Shown here: positions 1-12,600 of the stretch, piece after piece
Layout: every line of letters begins with the position of its first letter
How positions within the stretch are numbered: position 1 is the stretch's first letter
Assembly (NCBI GenBank): GCA_964252035.1
Contig: OZ176201.1
Origin: Podarcis erhardii
Lineage: Eukaryota
Strand: one strand, 5' to 3'
Length of the DNA stretch: 64,000 nucleotides
The notes under the pieces: generated by a model
The model's database searches: none
Told to the model about the DNA's origin: nothing
The model's input: the letters and a program-made list of their open reading frames with translations, nothing else
Translations under genes and position numbers: made by a program

Positions 1-163
1 CATCCTGAAGGCCTCCGCTGTGTGATTCTGTTGAACAAAACAAGGACTACCAGTACCCAATCTTGTGTCATACAAGATTGATTATTACTATTATTATTAC
101 TTTACTCAGTTCCAGGTACTGTTTATTATGCACTCTTGATTCCAAAACATCTTTGTTTCCTCT

Positions 164-427
164 TTCCGCAGGGCCTGTAAGACAGAGTTGTTCCGCCTGG
201 CCTTTGGCTTGGAGCCAATTTGATTCCCTCCCTCCCTCCCTCTCTTTTTTTTCTTTCTTTTCCTTCTCCTCCTGCGATGAGGCTACATTTTAATATTTTA
301 ATTCCATTATTTTAATATTGTATTTTATTTTTGTTTTTAAGTTGTAATCATTCTTCTTGTTTTTATTATTGTTTGTAAGCCGCTCTGAGCCCGGCCTTGG
401 CTGGGGAGGGCGGGGTATAAATAAAAA

Positions 428-428
<1 letters not shown>
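164..428 (+). mobile_element. L2-type LINE 3' end (ORF2 C-terminus and 3'UTR)
   Basis: 164-223 translates FRRACKTELFRLAFGLEPI*, like the L2 ORF2 terminus; then an AT-rich UTR, the tgtaagccgctctgag...ggcggggtataaat tail, and (TTA)n. Confidence 0.7.

Positions 429-480
<52 letters not shown>
429..480 (+). repeat. (TTA)17 microsatellite, tail of the LINE
   Basis: Perfect trinucleotide run. Confidence 0.97.
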
Positions 481-724
481 GCACTGGTGCCCCAAAGTAG
501 CCTGATTGTTTTTTACATCTACATGTTGAATTCAATGAAACAAGAGAACTGAATCAAAGTTAAGGGTGTGTGTGTGTGTGTAAGATCTGTGCCTTTTCAA
601 CGCAGCAAAATTCCTGCATGCCGTGATGCCTTTTCAGTGCAATCATATCTGCCTCTTGCAGTGCTGCAGCCATCTCCAAGGCCAGAGCAAAGGGTTAAGA
701 GATCTTAAGGACTATCCATCTATC

Positions 725-945
725 TATTGCATTTATATTTCATCCTTTTCTCAAGGAGCTCAAGGTGGTCACATGGTTCTTCCCCCTCCTTATTTCACAA
801 CAACTCTGTTAGGTAGGTCAGGCTGAGAGCAGTGACTGGTTCAGGGTCACCCAGTGAGCTTCATGGTCAAGTGGGGATTTCAGCCTTGGTCTCTCGACTC
901 CTAGCCCAACATCCTAACCATTACATCAGACCACATGCAGGACAC
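725..945 (-). mobile_element. Squam3-type tRNA-derived SINE
   Basis: Minus strand has a degenerate A/B-box head (tgtaatggttaggatg...ggctgaaatcccc), the core catgaagctcactgggtgacc...cagcctgacctacct, and an L2-like tail gccaccttgagctccttg. Confidence 0.75.
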
Positions 946-2964
946 GAGGGCAATAACTCTCTCTCACTAATATTCCTCAGCTGCTGGTATTCAGACACAG
1001 GATCTCCGATCCTGGAGTTAGCATACACCTAGAGGCTTTAGTGATTAAGTGGTATGTAAATTCTATTAAATAAGAATCATTCTATCAAAAATAAACAAAG
1101 TCCTTCATTCACTTGTCTACCATTTGAAAGCTGTCTAGGTAAGCCTCTGATCACAGTGTAATGTTCAGGGGAGTTTGCTACAACCCCCTGATCATTTCGG
1201 CTGTCGTTTTCTTCATCTTTCAGCAAGATTGAAATCCTAATGATTTGATCTCAACTGCTTTCTTTCTGACCATATCCATCACCTAAACAGAGATGATTTC
1301 TGATTTGTCTGGTTACATCGTTTATTTATTTTTGATGGTTGCTCAGTGCCCAGATTATTGTGGGGGGCAGCGGTGAATGAAGCTAATACCATTGACAAGA
1401 TCCAATCCCTGGTTCACTCCTGCTTTAGCCAATTTATCACTCTCATTCACACACACGACCTTCTAAAAACAGTAGTTAAGGCGGCTGATATAAATATTAA
1501 GGGGATTCTGTGGAAAATACGTCTCCCTTAATCCAAGCGCTGGGACCATCCCTTTGTAAAGAGCTGAAGTGGAGTTTTTCAAGCAAAGGCCTGCAATCTT
1601 TTATTATTGTAATCTCTGGAGAAGTGCATCTACTCCTCAGCATTCTGTGATCTATCAGAAAATTCAGCTTTCTCTGTTTGCCTTTGTGTTTACTGTGGTA
1701 ACTTTGCACTTTCATTTTTCTGAAGAAGGCTGCTTCCCTATTTTTGTGTTCCACATTTGCATCTGTGGCGGACTGCATCTCTCTGTCCTTCCCATTTTGT
1801 CATACTCACATACTGGCAGAGTCTTCTAAGTAAAGGTACAGGGCACTGGTGCCCCCCCCCCCTTTATTGGCCTGATCTCAACAAAATTACCAGATGTCCC
1901 TTACATCACTGAGTGAGGCTGAAAGGGCTGATATAGGGGGGTGATCTCAAACAATGATTCATTTGAAATGATGTCAAGTCCATGCCTGCACACCCTCTTC
2001 CCCAGAAGCTGTCATCCCAGATGTGTGTGGACTGTAGTTACGTGGTGCATCTAGCAAAGCTTCTGCCTGTTGGTGGGGATGTGGCCTCTGAAGGAGATTT
2101 CCCTATCTTTAGTGGGGAATGCTCTTGGGTTTCATTACTCTGGTCTCAAGTCTGTCATGAAACATCTAAAATAATTATATCACCTGTTCAGGCTTCCTCA
2201 CAACTGTCATTATTGAAGTCTTGATAACAGGAAAGTGTGTTGCTCTTAAGAACCTTTGACATGGATGCTAGCTCTGATAGGATTCCAATAAGCCAGCAAT
2301 GGAAAACTTTGAAAAATTGCCATTTATCTTTGTGGCATAAAAACTTATGAACTTTGGTTATTGGAGGGGGAAAGAACACATAAATTTCAGGTCTCCAGAG
2401 GGATAGAGGACCCAGAATGCTTCAATGTTATGTGGTAGGATTTTAATTTTTTATGCTTCCGATTCCAGTGCCCAACAATCATTCATGTCAGCTCAAGAAA
2501 TATATATTGGTGTACTACTATGGCATGATGTAATAGCTTGCTACTGTACTTTTGGGCTGTCAGTAATGGTCATTATGCTTCAATTTTTTTAAAATAAAAA
2601 TATATGAATATTTGGTTGGGCATATGAACGGCAATTAAAAAATAAACAAATCACATGCTGCAGGACTGAGCCATGGTATTGAAAATAGGAACCAAGGTTG
2701 GGATTGATATAAGGAAAAAAACTGCTCCCTTTCCTTTATGGGGTACCCAAGAGCCCATATAGAGTCCTTTTGTAGGTTCTCTATCGGTAGGAGAAAATAA
2801 CAGAGACCAACCAGAGAATATTGAGAAGCAAAGCAGCTAGTAAGCTGATTTTTACTGAAGCTGTTGCAACAGGGTGCTCCCCCACGCGCAGGAGAGAGGA
2901 GGAGGACCCAGAACAAAGGTGTGCCCGCCCTTACATAGATATTTTAAATTGCCTGCCCTGGAGT

Positions 2965-3066
2965 CCAAGACCATCCCCAGAAACATCATACATACACCAC
3001 AGAAGCGGTGTAGCCCAAGACCACCCCCCAGATACATCATACCTACATCACAGAAAAGGCGGTCTA
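2965..3066 (+). repeat. Diverged ~50-bp tandem duplication (2 units)
   Basis: ccaagaccatccccagaaacatcatacatacaccacagaagcggtgta followed by ccaagaccaccccccagatacatcatacctacatcacagaaaaggcggtcta. Confidence 0.75.
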
Positions 3067-3946
3067 CAACAGAAATCTGAGTGTGTTATCTCCTGTCTGG
3101 CAAGTTACCTGATTGCATTATCTGGGTTTTGGGCACTCTTTTGTTATTATAACTACTTAATTCCTGAATCTAGGTCATAGGCTCACACCCTGTTCTTATC
3201 TTGAATGTGCCCTTAAGACAAGATTTGTGAGGAAAGAGACAATGGGGAGGTTTCCCACTTTGACTTTGCAGAGAAATTGAGGTCAGTTTGTTCAGGACCT
3301 AATCTGTGGGGTTTCAGGCATGTGGTTTATATATACAGTTATGAACATTTAATTTTTTTATATATGACCTTAAAATTCTTAGAACAGGATCATCTCAAAT
3401 TAAATCTTGTAGTTTCAAGTGACTTATTTGTAAGACTTTAAAACAAATTTATTATTTGTGATTTCTCTGTCCTCCAATGAGCAAGTTTCAATCCCACAAT
3501 AATCCTGCGAGGTAAGATAAGTGAAGAGAGAGTGACTTGCCCACCAAGATCTTACTGTTGAATGGTTTCTTTAAATGCAAAGGTTCATCATTGTTCCACC
3601 CGATGTGTATGTCTTTAAGGGGCCAGAGCAAAATAACGAGACCCAGCTTTACAGCTGTGAAACATAGCAGGTGCTGCTGAGTTGTATTGATTAAGGTGTG
3701 TCAGCATTTGGGTGTAGTATATAAGGAGCAGCACCTAGCTCTCCCATTACCCTGGGGGTTGGGTCTGGTTTGTTGTTGATGTATTTAGTGTAAATGGAGT
3801 TTTTGTTTTTGTAATTAAAACCTTGAGTCCCTTGAGTCCCTCTTTGAGTCCCTTTTTAATGCATGGTCTCCCCAGCAAGCTCTCTGCAGCGCTACCATAC
3901 TGCAAAAAGCCAACACTTACAACAGCTAAAAAGGAACTAGCATGCA

Positions 3947-4190
3947 AGAAACATAATTAGAGAACTGTTGGATCAGACCAAAGGCCCATCTAGTGCAGTT
4001 TCCTGTTCTCATAGCGGCCAACCCTACGCCCGTAGGATGCCAGCTAGGGCATGAGCACAACTGCACTCTCCCTACTTGCGCAACTGGTCTTTAGAGGCCT
4101 CCAACATGGGGGAAACATAGCCATCATGGCAAGTTGTTGATAGCCTTATCCTCCATTTATTTGTCTAAACCACCCAAGTTGGTGGCCATC
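3947..4190 (-). mobile_element. CR1 LINE 3' fragment
   Basis: ctgttggatcagaccaaaggcccatctagt...catagccatcatggc...gatagccttatcctccat...aagttggtggccatc resembles the reverse complement of the squamate CR1 3' end. Confidence 0.75.
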
Positions 4191-4512
4191 CAGTTTCGTT
4201 CAACTATACACGTCAACACACTACTATTGGACATACACTTTAGACCACTGGTTCTTAACATGGGGGGTGGGGTGGGGTAGGAGTCACATGCCCCTTTGAG
4301 AATCAGATGAAAGCTACAGATCCTCTCCCCAGAAAAAAATGCACTTAAAACACATACTCATTTTGCATACAATTCATTTTATAGCATTGGAATTATCTGT
4401 GGAATGCTCTCCCTAGAGAAGCTCACCTGGAGCCATCATCATATGTACCGGTATTTAGGTGTCAGGCAAAAACATTCTTTATCCAGGACTTTGGCCATTA
4501 AACAATATATGG

Positions 4513-4696
4513 CAGTGGTTCCCAACTGGAGGTACTGCAGGCCCCCAGGAGGTACATGTAACCTACCCAGGGGATCCATGTTACCATTCAAATAACAAAA
4601 CTACCACCTTAGAGATAACATTTTCAAAAGTATGGGGCCCATGGCTTGGCTTTTAAAAATCAGGGTCTCCCGTACTTAACTAATTGGGAACCTCTG
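4513..4696. mobile_element. Old hAT (Charlie-like) MITE
   Basis: Termini cagtggttcccaac / ttgggaacctctg; degenerate 8-bp TSD atatatgg / gtctatgg. Confidence 0.5.
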
Positions 4697-4739
4697 GTCT
4701 ATGGCATTTTAAATATGTGGGGGGGATGTTATTAAGATC

Positions 4740-4858
4740 CCCCCTTATTGTTTTATTGTCTTTTGTTATTATGCAATGCAAATTCTGTTTTTAATGTTGT
4801 ACACCGCCCTGGGATCTTCGGATAAAGGGCGGTATATAATTTTAATAATAATAATTGG
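4740..4858 (+). mobile_element. L2-like LINE 3' tail
   Basis: tgtacaccgccctgggatcttcggataaagggcggtatataat followed by (TAA)n; the same tail appears reversed at ~54258-54310. Confidence 0.6.
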
Positions 4859-5663
4859 AGCGGGTTCACTGAAGCTCACTCAGATCCACAGCCCACACAT
4901 TTCGGTGCTTCAAGCCTACACCCCCCTCCCCCACCGAAGCAAGGAAGGCGGCGAACACGTGTTTGAGAGCGGGCGGGCGCCCGGCTCAGCCAATGGGGGA
5001 GCTGCATTGGGGCGGCCGCTCCGCGCTGAGGCGACCGACGCCCGGCGGCAAACCGGGATTTCGCGACCGTTTGCGAAATGGCGCCCTCTTCTTCTTCTGT
5101 TTACCCCGCTCCCCTTTCTCTCTAACCTGGGATTGGGAAGTTGGGGGCGGGGGGAGGCAGAAACCCTCGCGTTGTAGAGCATGGGGAGCCGAAATTATAC
5201 CGTTGGTGCGCCTCCTCACAGCCTGAGGAGGGGGAAAGAGGGAGGGAGGAAGCCCCCTTCTGCAGCGCCCTCACAACGGCAGTCTCGACGGTTAATCTGC
5301 CCCATTTTCCTGTCGAGCGCGCGCGCGCCGTTTCTCCTTTTCTCTCACCCGCCGGGGGGTGCGGGTGGATAGGGGGGAATAAAGGCGCGACTTTCCCGCC
5401 TCCTTGGCACACGCCCGGAGCTGCCGGCTCTCTTTCCCGGCCAGGCAGCTGCTCCCACCTCCTCCTCCCCGCGCCTGTGGCGGCCCTTCCCCGCCTCGCG
5501 CAGCCCTCCGGGCCGCCTGCCAGCCGAGCCTCCCCTCCTCCCTCTCCCCGCCCGCCCCCCCCCCCCGTGTGTGTCGAAAGGGACTGACGGAAAGATGGCC
5601 CCTCCTTCCCGCTCCCCCCTCCTCCCTCTCCCCGCCTCCCCCGCCAAAGACGAGGCCGAGCTG

Positions 5664-5674
5664 GTGTTTTTCCA
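5664..5674 (-). promoter_or_regulatory. Tonicity-responsive element (TonE; NFAT5/TonEBP site)
   Basis: Minus strand TGGAAAAACAC is an exact match to TGGAAANNYNY, ~72 bp upstream of the TATA box; mammalian TauT promoters carry a proximal TonE. Confidence 0.75.
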
Positions 5675-5745
5675 CTCAGCAGGATGGGTGATGCTCGGCG
5701 CTCGCTCATTAGACAACAGACACGAGAGGTCAGGAAGAAAGCGCT

Positions 5746-5752
5746 TATAAAT
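5746..5752 (+). promoter_or_regulatory. TATA box (TATAAAT) of the SLC6A6 core promoter
   Basis: The only TATA-like AT island in the GC-rich promoter. Its context ggaagaaagcgcttataaattaccg matches my recollection of the human SLC6A6 5' region. Confidence 0.75.
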
Positions 5753-5774
5753 TACCGTTTCCTCCCTCGCAGCC

Positions 5775-5876
5775 CTGTTAGTCCGCCTTGGCACTCTCCC
5801 CGGGACACACGGGACAGACCCACGGGCAGCTAAGGCGCTGGACAGATACCTGGTCAGAGGGGTGCCGCTGCTACAG
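5775..5876 (+). other. SLC6A6: Putative non-coding first exon of SLC6A6
   Basis: Start inferred ~28 nt after TATA; candidate donor CAG|gtaccc at 5877; no ATG inside. Both boundaries are inference. Confidence 0.4.
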
Positions 5877-8800
5877 GTACCCGAGGCTCATTTCCGAGGG
5901 ATTTTTGATATAGATATATATGATAACATATATATTGGGAGAGCAAAGGCACACAGGGAAGGACCTAAGCCCAGCCTTCGCGGCTCTGCTTTCTCTCTGT
6001 CGGTGGCTCCCTTTTCTCCCTTTCTTCCTCGCTCTCCTTCCCTCTCTTTTCCGCTCTCGTAGCGTTTAGGAACAAAGGGAGTCGGAGGCATATGGATCGC
6101 CTCTTGTCATTTACTGGAAAACGGGGAGCTACTCTGAAGAAAAGAAACGCTTCTTCCTCTTTCTAAGGGGCATCCCTCAGCCAAGGTGGGAAGCAAGAAA
6201 TCCTGGCATTAGGGGGTCGGGGTTTTTTTTGGCCAGGTTTCACCGTAGGCTGAGAAGCCCACCCACCCACCTACCTTCCCTTATCCGACCCCCACCCCTT
6301 TCCCCCTTCCTTAGAGATTTGTATTTGTCCTTTGCTATTTACTTTTAGGATGCATTGCTTCTGTGCTTTTTTTTTTTTTTTTTTGAGAGCGAGGGAGTGA
6401 GCGAGCGCATGGCGGTTTTCCTTTTGTCTGGTGTCCCCCCTCCCCTTTAAAACGTGCATGCATGTGCACCTTTCTGGTTTGGCTGTATGGGGTCTCTCAG
6501 CAGTTACCTCTCTTCCCCGCCGCCGCCCTCCGACACCTTGTGTTAACTTTTAAATAACAGATAGCAGCTAAGTGGAATTGTCTGCTGGTGCGGCTAACGC
6601 TTTCCTCCTGGTTTTAGTGCGTTTTCTGCCTTTGTATGTGTGATGAGCATGTGCTTGGCCCTCCTCACTCCCTTTCTCTTCCGTGCAGTGTGCGATTAAA
6701 TTATATTTAAGCAGCGCTGTTCTCTGCTACTAAAAATCTACCAGAAAAGGCAAGCGCTAGCATTGCTACACGGTTGGTGTTAGTACATCTTTAACTGGAC
6801 TGCAGTTGCCCTCTTGTGCACTCGTTCATTCATTTTCTTTGGGTTTGGAGTGGTGAAAGGAAAGGGATTGTGATACTCTTAGAAAGTTTGCTGGCAAGAA
6901 CCGAATCTCCAGCACACTTCAGTGTCAATAAAGTGATTCTGGATTTCCACCGCTGTTCCTGGGATCAGAAGGCAGAATATTCATCTCTGTGTGTGATCGT
7001 TTAACAAAAGGGAAGGATACAGACTTTTGAGGCAGCACCATCTAAATTTCCATATAAGAGCATGAGGAGGAAGGCACTTTGCATACGTGTAAAGATCAGC
7101 AGATGGCCAATTGAGGATATGCTTCTCTTTTTATACTGTTTTGTTTAGAGGAGAACAAAGTGCTCATTACCTATACAACCTGCGTTTTACCAAGGTGAAT
7201 GTCTGAACTAGACATTCTTATTACTGCTGCTGCCTAATGCTGAATGTTTTTGGGAGAAAAGACCATTATCTTTAATACAGACCTTATTTCTAAGTATGTA
7301 TTCTTTAAGCTCTCTGTCTTTAGTGTTCTAAAAATAAGTAATATATACCGTGAAATGAAGAGCCAGGTGTGATGGTGAAGAAACAGAGCTGCCTGTTTTG
7401 AAATCTTGAACGTCCTTGTCGCTCTTCCCAATGTGGATATAGAGCTTTGCTTATTCTTTTTTTAAAAAAAAATTCATAGTGACTAATTTGTAACCGTATC
7501 AGGAAAGGCATTAAGAAAGTGTGCCAAGAAAAGTCAGTTGTGCTTAATGGGCTCTTTTGGTATCCACTGTACTTTCTTGTTCCTCTGTGTTAAAGACTGT
7601 CTTAAGGGTTGGGCTGAAAGAACCAAATAGGTTTGTCATGTTAATAGTAATTTGGAGTTGCTGCTGGCTAAGATTTTGGAATCTCCTATTTTTTAAAAGG
7701 ATATTTTGTTTTTAGTGAATGAGCTTATTAAAAATGTGGGGTTATTCATACACAGTGTTTGAGGGGAGGGAAATATAGCCCAGTCTAGGCCAGACCTCTG
7801 TGTCCTTGGCAAATGATTTTGTATGTCTAGATTTATATTTGAATAAATAAATAATCTCTCTAGCACCATTTGACTTTGGAATGTGGTGGGAATATTTTCC
7901 TGGAAGACATTGCTTGGAAACTGATCTTTTACAGTAGGGATGGATCTACTGTAATAACAATGTCATTTACTTAAGGCAAATGCTGAAGGTGAATGTACTG
8001 TTCAGAGGAGTAAATTATATGTTTGCTGTGGTGGTCTGCTTCTCTCTGTTTTCAATTTTACCTCTTTCTCCTTTAATCTTCCCAATATTGATTTCTCTTC
8101 TTTTTTAAATCTGTCACTCCCTTTTGCTTTTCACGCCTCCCTCTGCCCTCCAGTCACCTTATACCCTCTCCCCCAAGGTCTTTCATTTTCCTTTCCCACT
8201 TTCCTCTGCACTAATCTCCTTATAGCACTGGCACCCAAGAATGACATAACCTTTGGCAGCCTGCAAAAGCAAGTGTGGCAAATAACATCCCATCCTGTAG
8301 GGGGCAGTATGTGAGATTGGACCAGCAAAGACATTGTTACAGAATGGTAATGGGTGGGGGGAATAGGTTGTTGCTTTCCCCCCTGGGCTATATCATGAAT
8401 GGGCTCCAGTATGCAAACTTAGACAGAATTATCTTCAGAAATCTCTTAATTGCATTGGATAGAACTGTGTAATTCCAGGATGAGGCCTATAGAATATTAG
8501 TGCATTAGTAAGTGAACAAATGGCCGGAAGTCTTGGTCTTTGAGCTGATCATAAAATGAGCAGCTTTGGTTAAAGAGATATAAGCAGGAGATTTTGGTGT
8601 AAAGCTGAAGCAACTCTCCGAAGGCTAATTTACAGTTGAGTAACTGAGTGCAATGTGATATCATTTAGGTATTGTTTTTTTGCCATGATGGAATAAAATA
8701 TCATTAGAATTTCTTCTGTTCCTCTTTTCTTATGGGAAGGGGAGAATGGACTGAGACATAAGAGTCTGATAACTGATTAATGGGGGAAATGAAGAAATGC

Positions 8801-9553
8801 CTGATGAGAATACTAAAAATAGGTGAATGGGGTATAGACCTGTCAGAATCATGTTGCTTTATTAGGGCTTGGGTGAACTATAAGCCTCTCTCTCTCAGGG
8901 TTATTTCAGCAAAGGTTTTCCAGTCCCACAGTGACTTCTCAAATATGGCCCACAGGGTAATGAGGGCAAAACTACGCATGACTTTGGAGCTGTGTGATTG
9001 GAACTTTTGATGTTTTATTTTCTAATGTAATGTAACTGAAGTGAGGCTGCCAATTGGATTGGTCAAGCAGCACTTGGTAAGTCTATTCACCCCTTTTCCT
9101 ACTGCACCATACTTCAGTCAAAAGCACACATCCTATGCTGTTGTTTGCTCTGTGGTGGGAAATAAGGGCATTATAAAATGTAGTATTGTGAGTGATGTGG
9201 TTTTGTGCTTTGTTTTTTGGTGCAGTTTTTAGTTTGATCATTTGTTTTAATTATTGGATTATTGTTATTTTTATGTTTTGCATTTCTGTTTGTGAAAGCT
9301 GGTTTGAGCACCTCCTTTTGTGGAGGGGGAAAGTGGGATATATATAGCCTTCATTCTGCCTCCCAAGATTTCTTGAGGCATTTAAAACTGCTGTATCTAG
9401 AAAAGTGTAACTAGAAGCCTTTTGTTGAGTAGAGCCTACATGTTAGAATGTCAGGATAGGCATTCATGCTCATAAGTGGGTGGCCAAATTGTGGCATGGT
9501 TGCACCTAGTGTCAGAGTTTGTGGCATTTCTGGACAATAGCCAGAGAGCTATT

Positions 9554-9680
9554 GTTGTTGTTTAGTCATGTCTGACTCTTCTTGACCCCATGGATCAGAG
9601 CACGCTAGGCACTCCTGTCTTCCACTGCCTCCTGCAGTTTGGTCAAACTCATGTTAGTAGCTTCGAGAACAGTGACCAGT
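9554..9680 (-). mobile_element. Bov-B (RTE) LINE, 5'-truncated 3' end
   Basis: (gtt)n-tagtcatgtctgactcttcttgaccccatggatcagagcacgctaggcactcctgtcttccactgcc resembles the reverse complement of the lacertid Bov-B 3' end; probable 11-bp TSD agagagctatt (9543-9553) / agagaactatt (9681-9691). Confidence 0.85.
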
Positions 9681-12600
9681 AGAGAACTATTAGGTTTGAC
9701 TATTGAAAGGAGCCAAAATCACCCCAAACCCTGGAAGTATCCTATGTCTTGAAAGGTATGTTAGTGTTGCACTGTCTCACACTTTGTGCTTGACTTGTGG
9801 TGCTTTTGCCATAAAGGTTGCCTGTCAGTGTTCTAATTGATCATTACACTTGGGAATGGGAAGGATTTCCCCTACTTCCAGGCTGGTGAACGTGGTGGGA
9901 GGGAAGTGATTTCCTTCCCTTGGAATACATGGATTGGATTACATGTCTGAGCAGCATCATGTTGTGAAAATGTTCTGTACTTGCTTGAAGGCATCATCAC
10001 TTATGTTTGCTGCTTCTCTGTGCATGTGGCATATCTTTTACAAAGTGAGGCCCAATTAAGACATAGCAGTAGGGGTGCTGTTGAAATGCATCTGTGGAAT
10101 TAGGGCTCCACACAACTGTTTTAATGTCTACAATCAGCTCCCCACATGTATCAGTGGGATTGTGTGGCCATCCGTCAAGTCAGCAACAAACCTTTCTAAT
10201 ATCCATATCAAAATTCTATTTGTCATATCCAACAGAATAAAAAATACATTTTTGTTTTCAGTGTGGTAGTGTAAATGACTCTGTGAAGTAATTGATCTTC
10301 AAGAAAATAATGATGTGGCATAGACAGGCATCATATTGCTATTATGCCCTGGGGAGGAAAGAGTTTATGAAATATCCTGTGATACAGATCTGAGTTTAAT
10401 CTTGTATATAATTTACTAAACCATAAATTCAGGACATCTCAGTAGGACAAGACACTTTTCCGTTACACAGTGCTGAAAGTGGCTAGCGTTGTTTTGGTAA
10501 ATGTTTGTAAATGAATGTGAAAATAAACTGTTCTATGGAAATGGTTCAAGATGCTGCTAGTCTTTGATATCGTCTGATGATCACATGACTTAAGTGCTGA
10601 AGTAGTGAGATAAGATACTGTGCTTGACACAAATGGTGAAATGGTGGTGGAATGGTAGAGGGGATGTGGAGCATCTGGATGTTCAGATCCAAATATTTCA
10701 GAATCCTGTTGCATATGGTAATAATGGTTGGAGAGAAAGGAAGGAACCTTGTTGTTCTTGCTCTTGAAAGAATGTTATCTTCCCCATATAGAATGCCCCT
10801 CTTTCTACCCTGCTACCATAGAAAAGGCACACACACACAAATATATAAAGAGAGACAGGACAGAAGAAGGAGAGGAGGGAATATGAAGGCAAGTTAAGTT
10901 GTGGGAGAAGACGATAGGAGTCAAAAGGACCACTAAATGTCACGTGTAGTATGATGATAAGCATATAAGCACTAACGCTTCTGTAAACATATGCTTGGTT
11001 CTCCCCACTCCCCTTCCTTCCTTTGAACCATTTCAGTGGAGGTGGCAAGGGGTGGGGATTAGGAAGGTAAGAGATTTGGGGAGCGGGACTAGTGTCCTGA
11101 GAAGGAGTCCCTCCTTCTGCTCAAACCTCCTCCTGAACAACTTCTCTTCAGAAAACTGAGCGGGAGAAGGCTAAAGACTGTGCTTGGGGAACTTGTGATC
11201 TTGAGCTGGGAGACAGCGCCACCTAAATGCCCTATTCCTCTAGTAACTAGGCAGGAGAGCAGGAAGTGTCCCTGCTTAAGGGGGAGGAACAGTTCTTTTG
11301 TGGCATCAGCAGCCTGCCCTCAACTCAGATTTCTTTGCACACCTAAGGAACAGAGGAGAGAAGCCTGAGACAATGGCTGCTGATGTCACAAGGGCATTCT
11401 TTCCCCGCTACCCTCCCACCTGTAGCTAACATTGGAACAGGGACAAGCTGCCCAGAGGAAGGTGAAGTAGGCAGAGATATGAGGTAAGGATAAAGGCGAG
11501 GCAGTGGGCAGAGGTAAAAGCTCCAGCTCCCTAGTGACTGAGGAGGAAAGGCCGAAGAAAGGAGCTAGAAATCCGACACGGCTTGATCCACTCATTTAGC
11601 TTCATTGTTTCGTATTTTTGCCTAACATTTATCTACTTAGCCTGCCTCTGTTTCTTTCTATATGGTCTTTTTGTTCCCATTGCAAGTCTCATCAACCAAT
11701 GAACAAGCATCCTCAGCATTTATAACAGTTTTTAGATAGGGGGGAAATGAAAGCTGACTATAGGGTGGGGGCCGTGAAAGTTCTAGCAAGGCAAAGCTAG
11801 CAAGGCAAAGCTACACAAAAGTGCCATGGCAGCAGGATGCTCCAGCTCTGCTAACCAGCTTCCTTTCCACCAGATATGTAAGTATTCCTCAGTTAAGCAG
11901 GGCTTAAAGGCCAGAAGCAAATATCTACTACTGCACTGCTCTTATTAATAATATTTATTGGTTGCTTTGCTCATAGAAGTAACTCAAATGACAATTAGGT
12001 CTGTCTGCAGTACAAAATACTTTATATGTAGCAGTAGTAATAATCACGATTATATACTTCTGGGCACCCCCTCCTGGTGCATTTCAGTTTTGTCCCATTA
12101 TTTTCTACTTTTGCCTTCAAGCTCAAACATGATTCTAGCAGGGATTGATTATTTTTTTCCTTGTGGCAAGTTAAAGCCTGTTCATATATAGTTTAGGGCA
12201 GCCTTCTCTATATACTTCTTCCCCGTCTCAGCATCCTTACAAAATTAACTTTGCTTTGCTAGTGCAGCTGTGAATGTGAGCTTGCTTTGTAGATGCAGCT
12301 TGCCTCAAGACTTTTGCTTCATAGAAGCACTGCATGTGTGCCCTGTCCCTAACAATACTCTTTAACGTTTCAAGCAGAGGCTGTTGTCTAATCCCAGTTA
12401 AAGCACTTTCTACTGTTAAGGGCTGCTTTACAAATAATCACTTTTCAAAAACATTTACACCAGTGCCAAGGTCTCCAACTCATATGTGTATGGTGTGAAA
12501 CTTTCATTTGCCATTGTGTAAGATGTGCAACTGTCCCAGTACTCATAAGAGACAATGCACAGGTATGCCAGTCTCTTCAATGGGCTGGGAGCCTTATTGA

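Larger units (their letters stand above)
4940..6600. promoter_or_regulatory. CpG island / SLC6A6 promoter region
   Basis: Sharp rise in GC and CpG against an AT-rich background; GC boxes, CCAAT boxes, (GC)6 at 5317-5328; it is the only CpG island upstream of the first coding exon in this window. Confidence 0.92.

Noticed and set aside
290-535. Poly-Asn ORF; also poly-Leu ORFs at 15304-15537 and 36315-36650
   Set aside because: Translations of (TTA)n and (CTA/CTG)n microsatellites.
4776-5794. Many long overlapping ORFs (up to 195 aa) on both strands
   Set aside because: Low-complexity G/R/P/A translations caused by stop-codon scarcity in a CpG island; no recognisable domain.
11783-11813. Short tandem duplications (14-bp period here; 20-bp period near 14302-14336; gagtccc repeats near 3825-3852)
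   Set aside because: Ordinary replication-slippage products.
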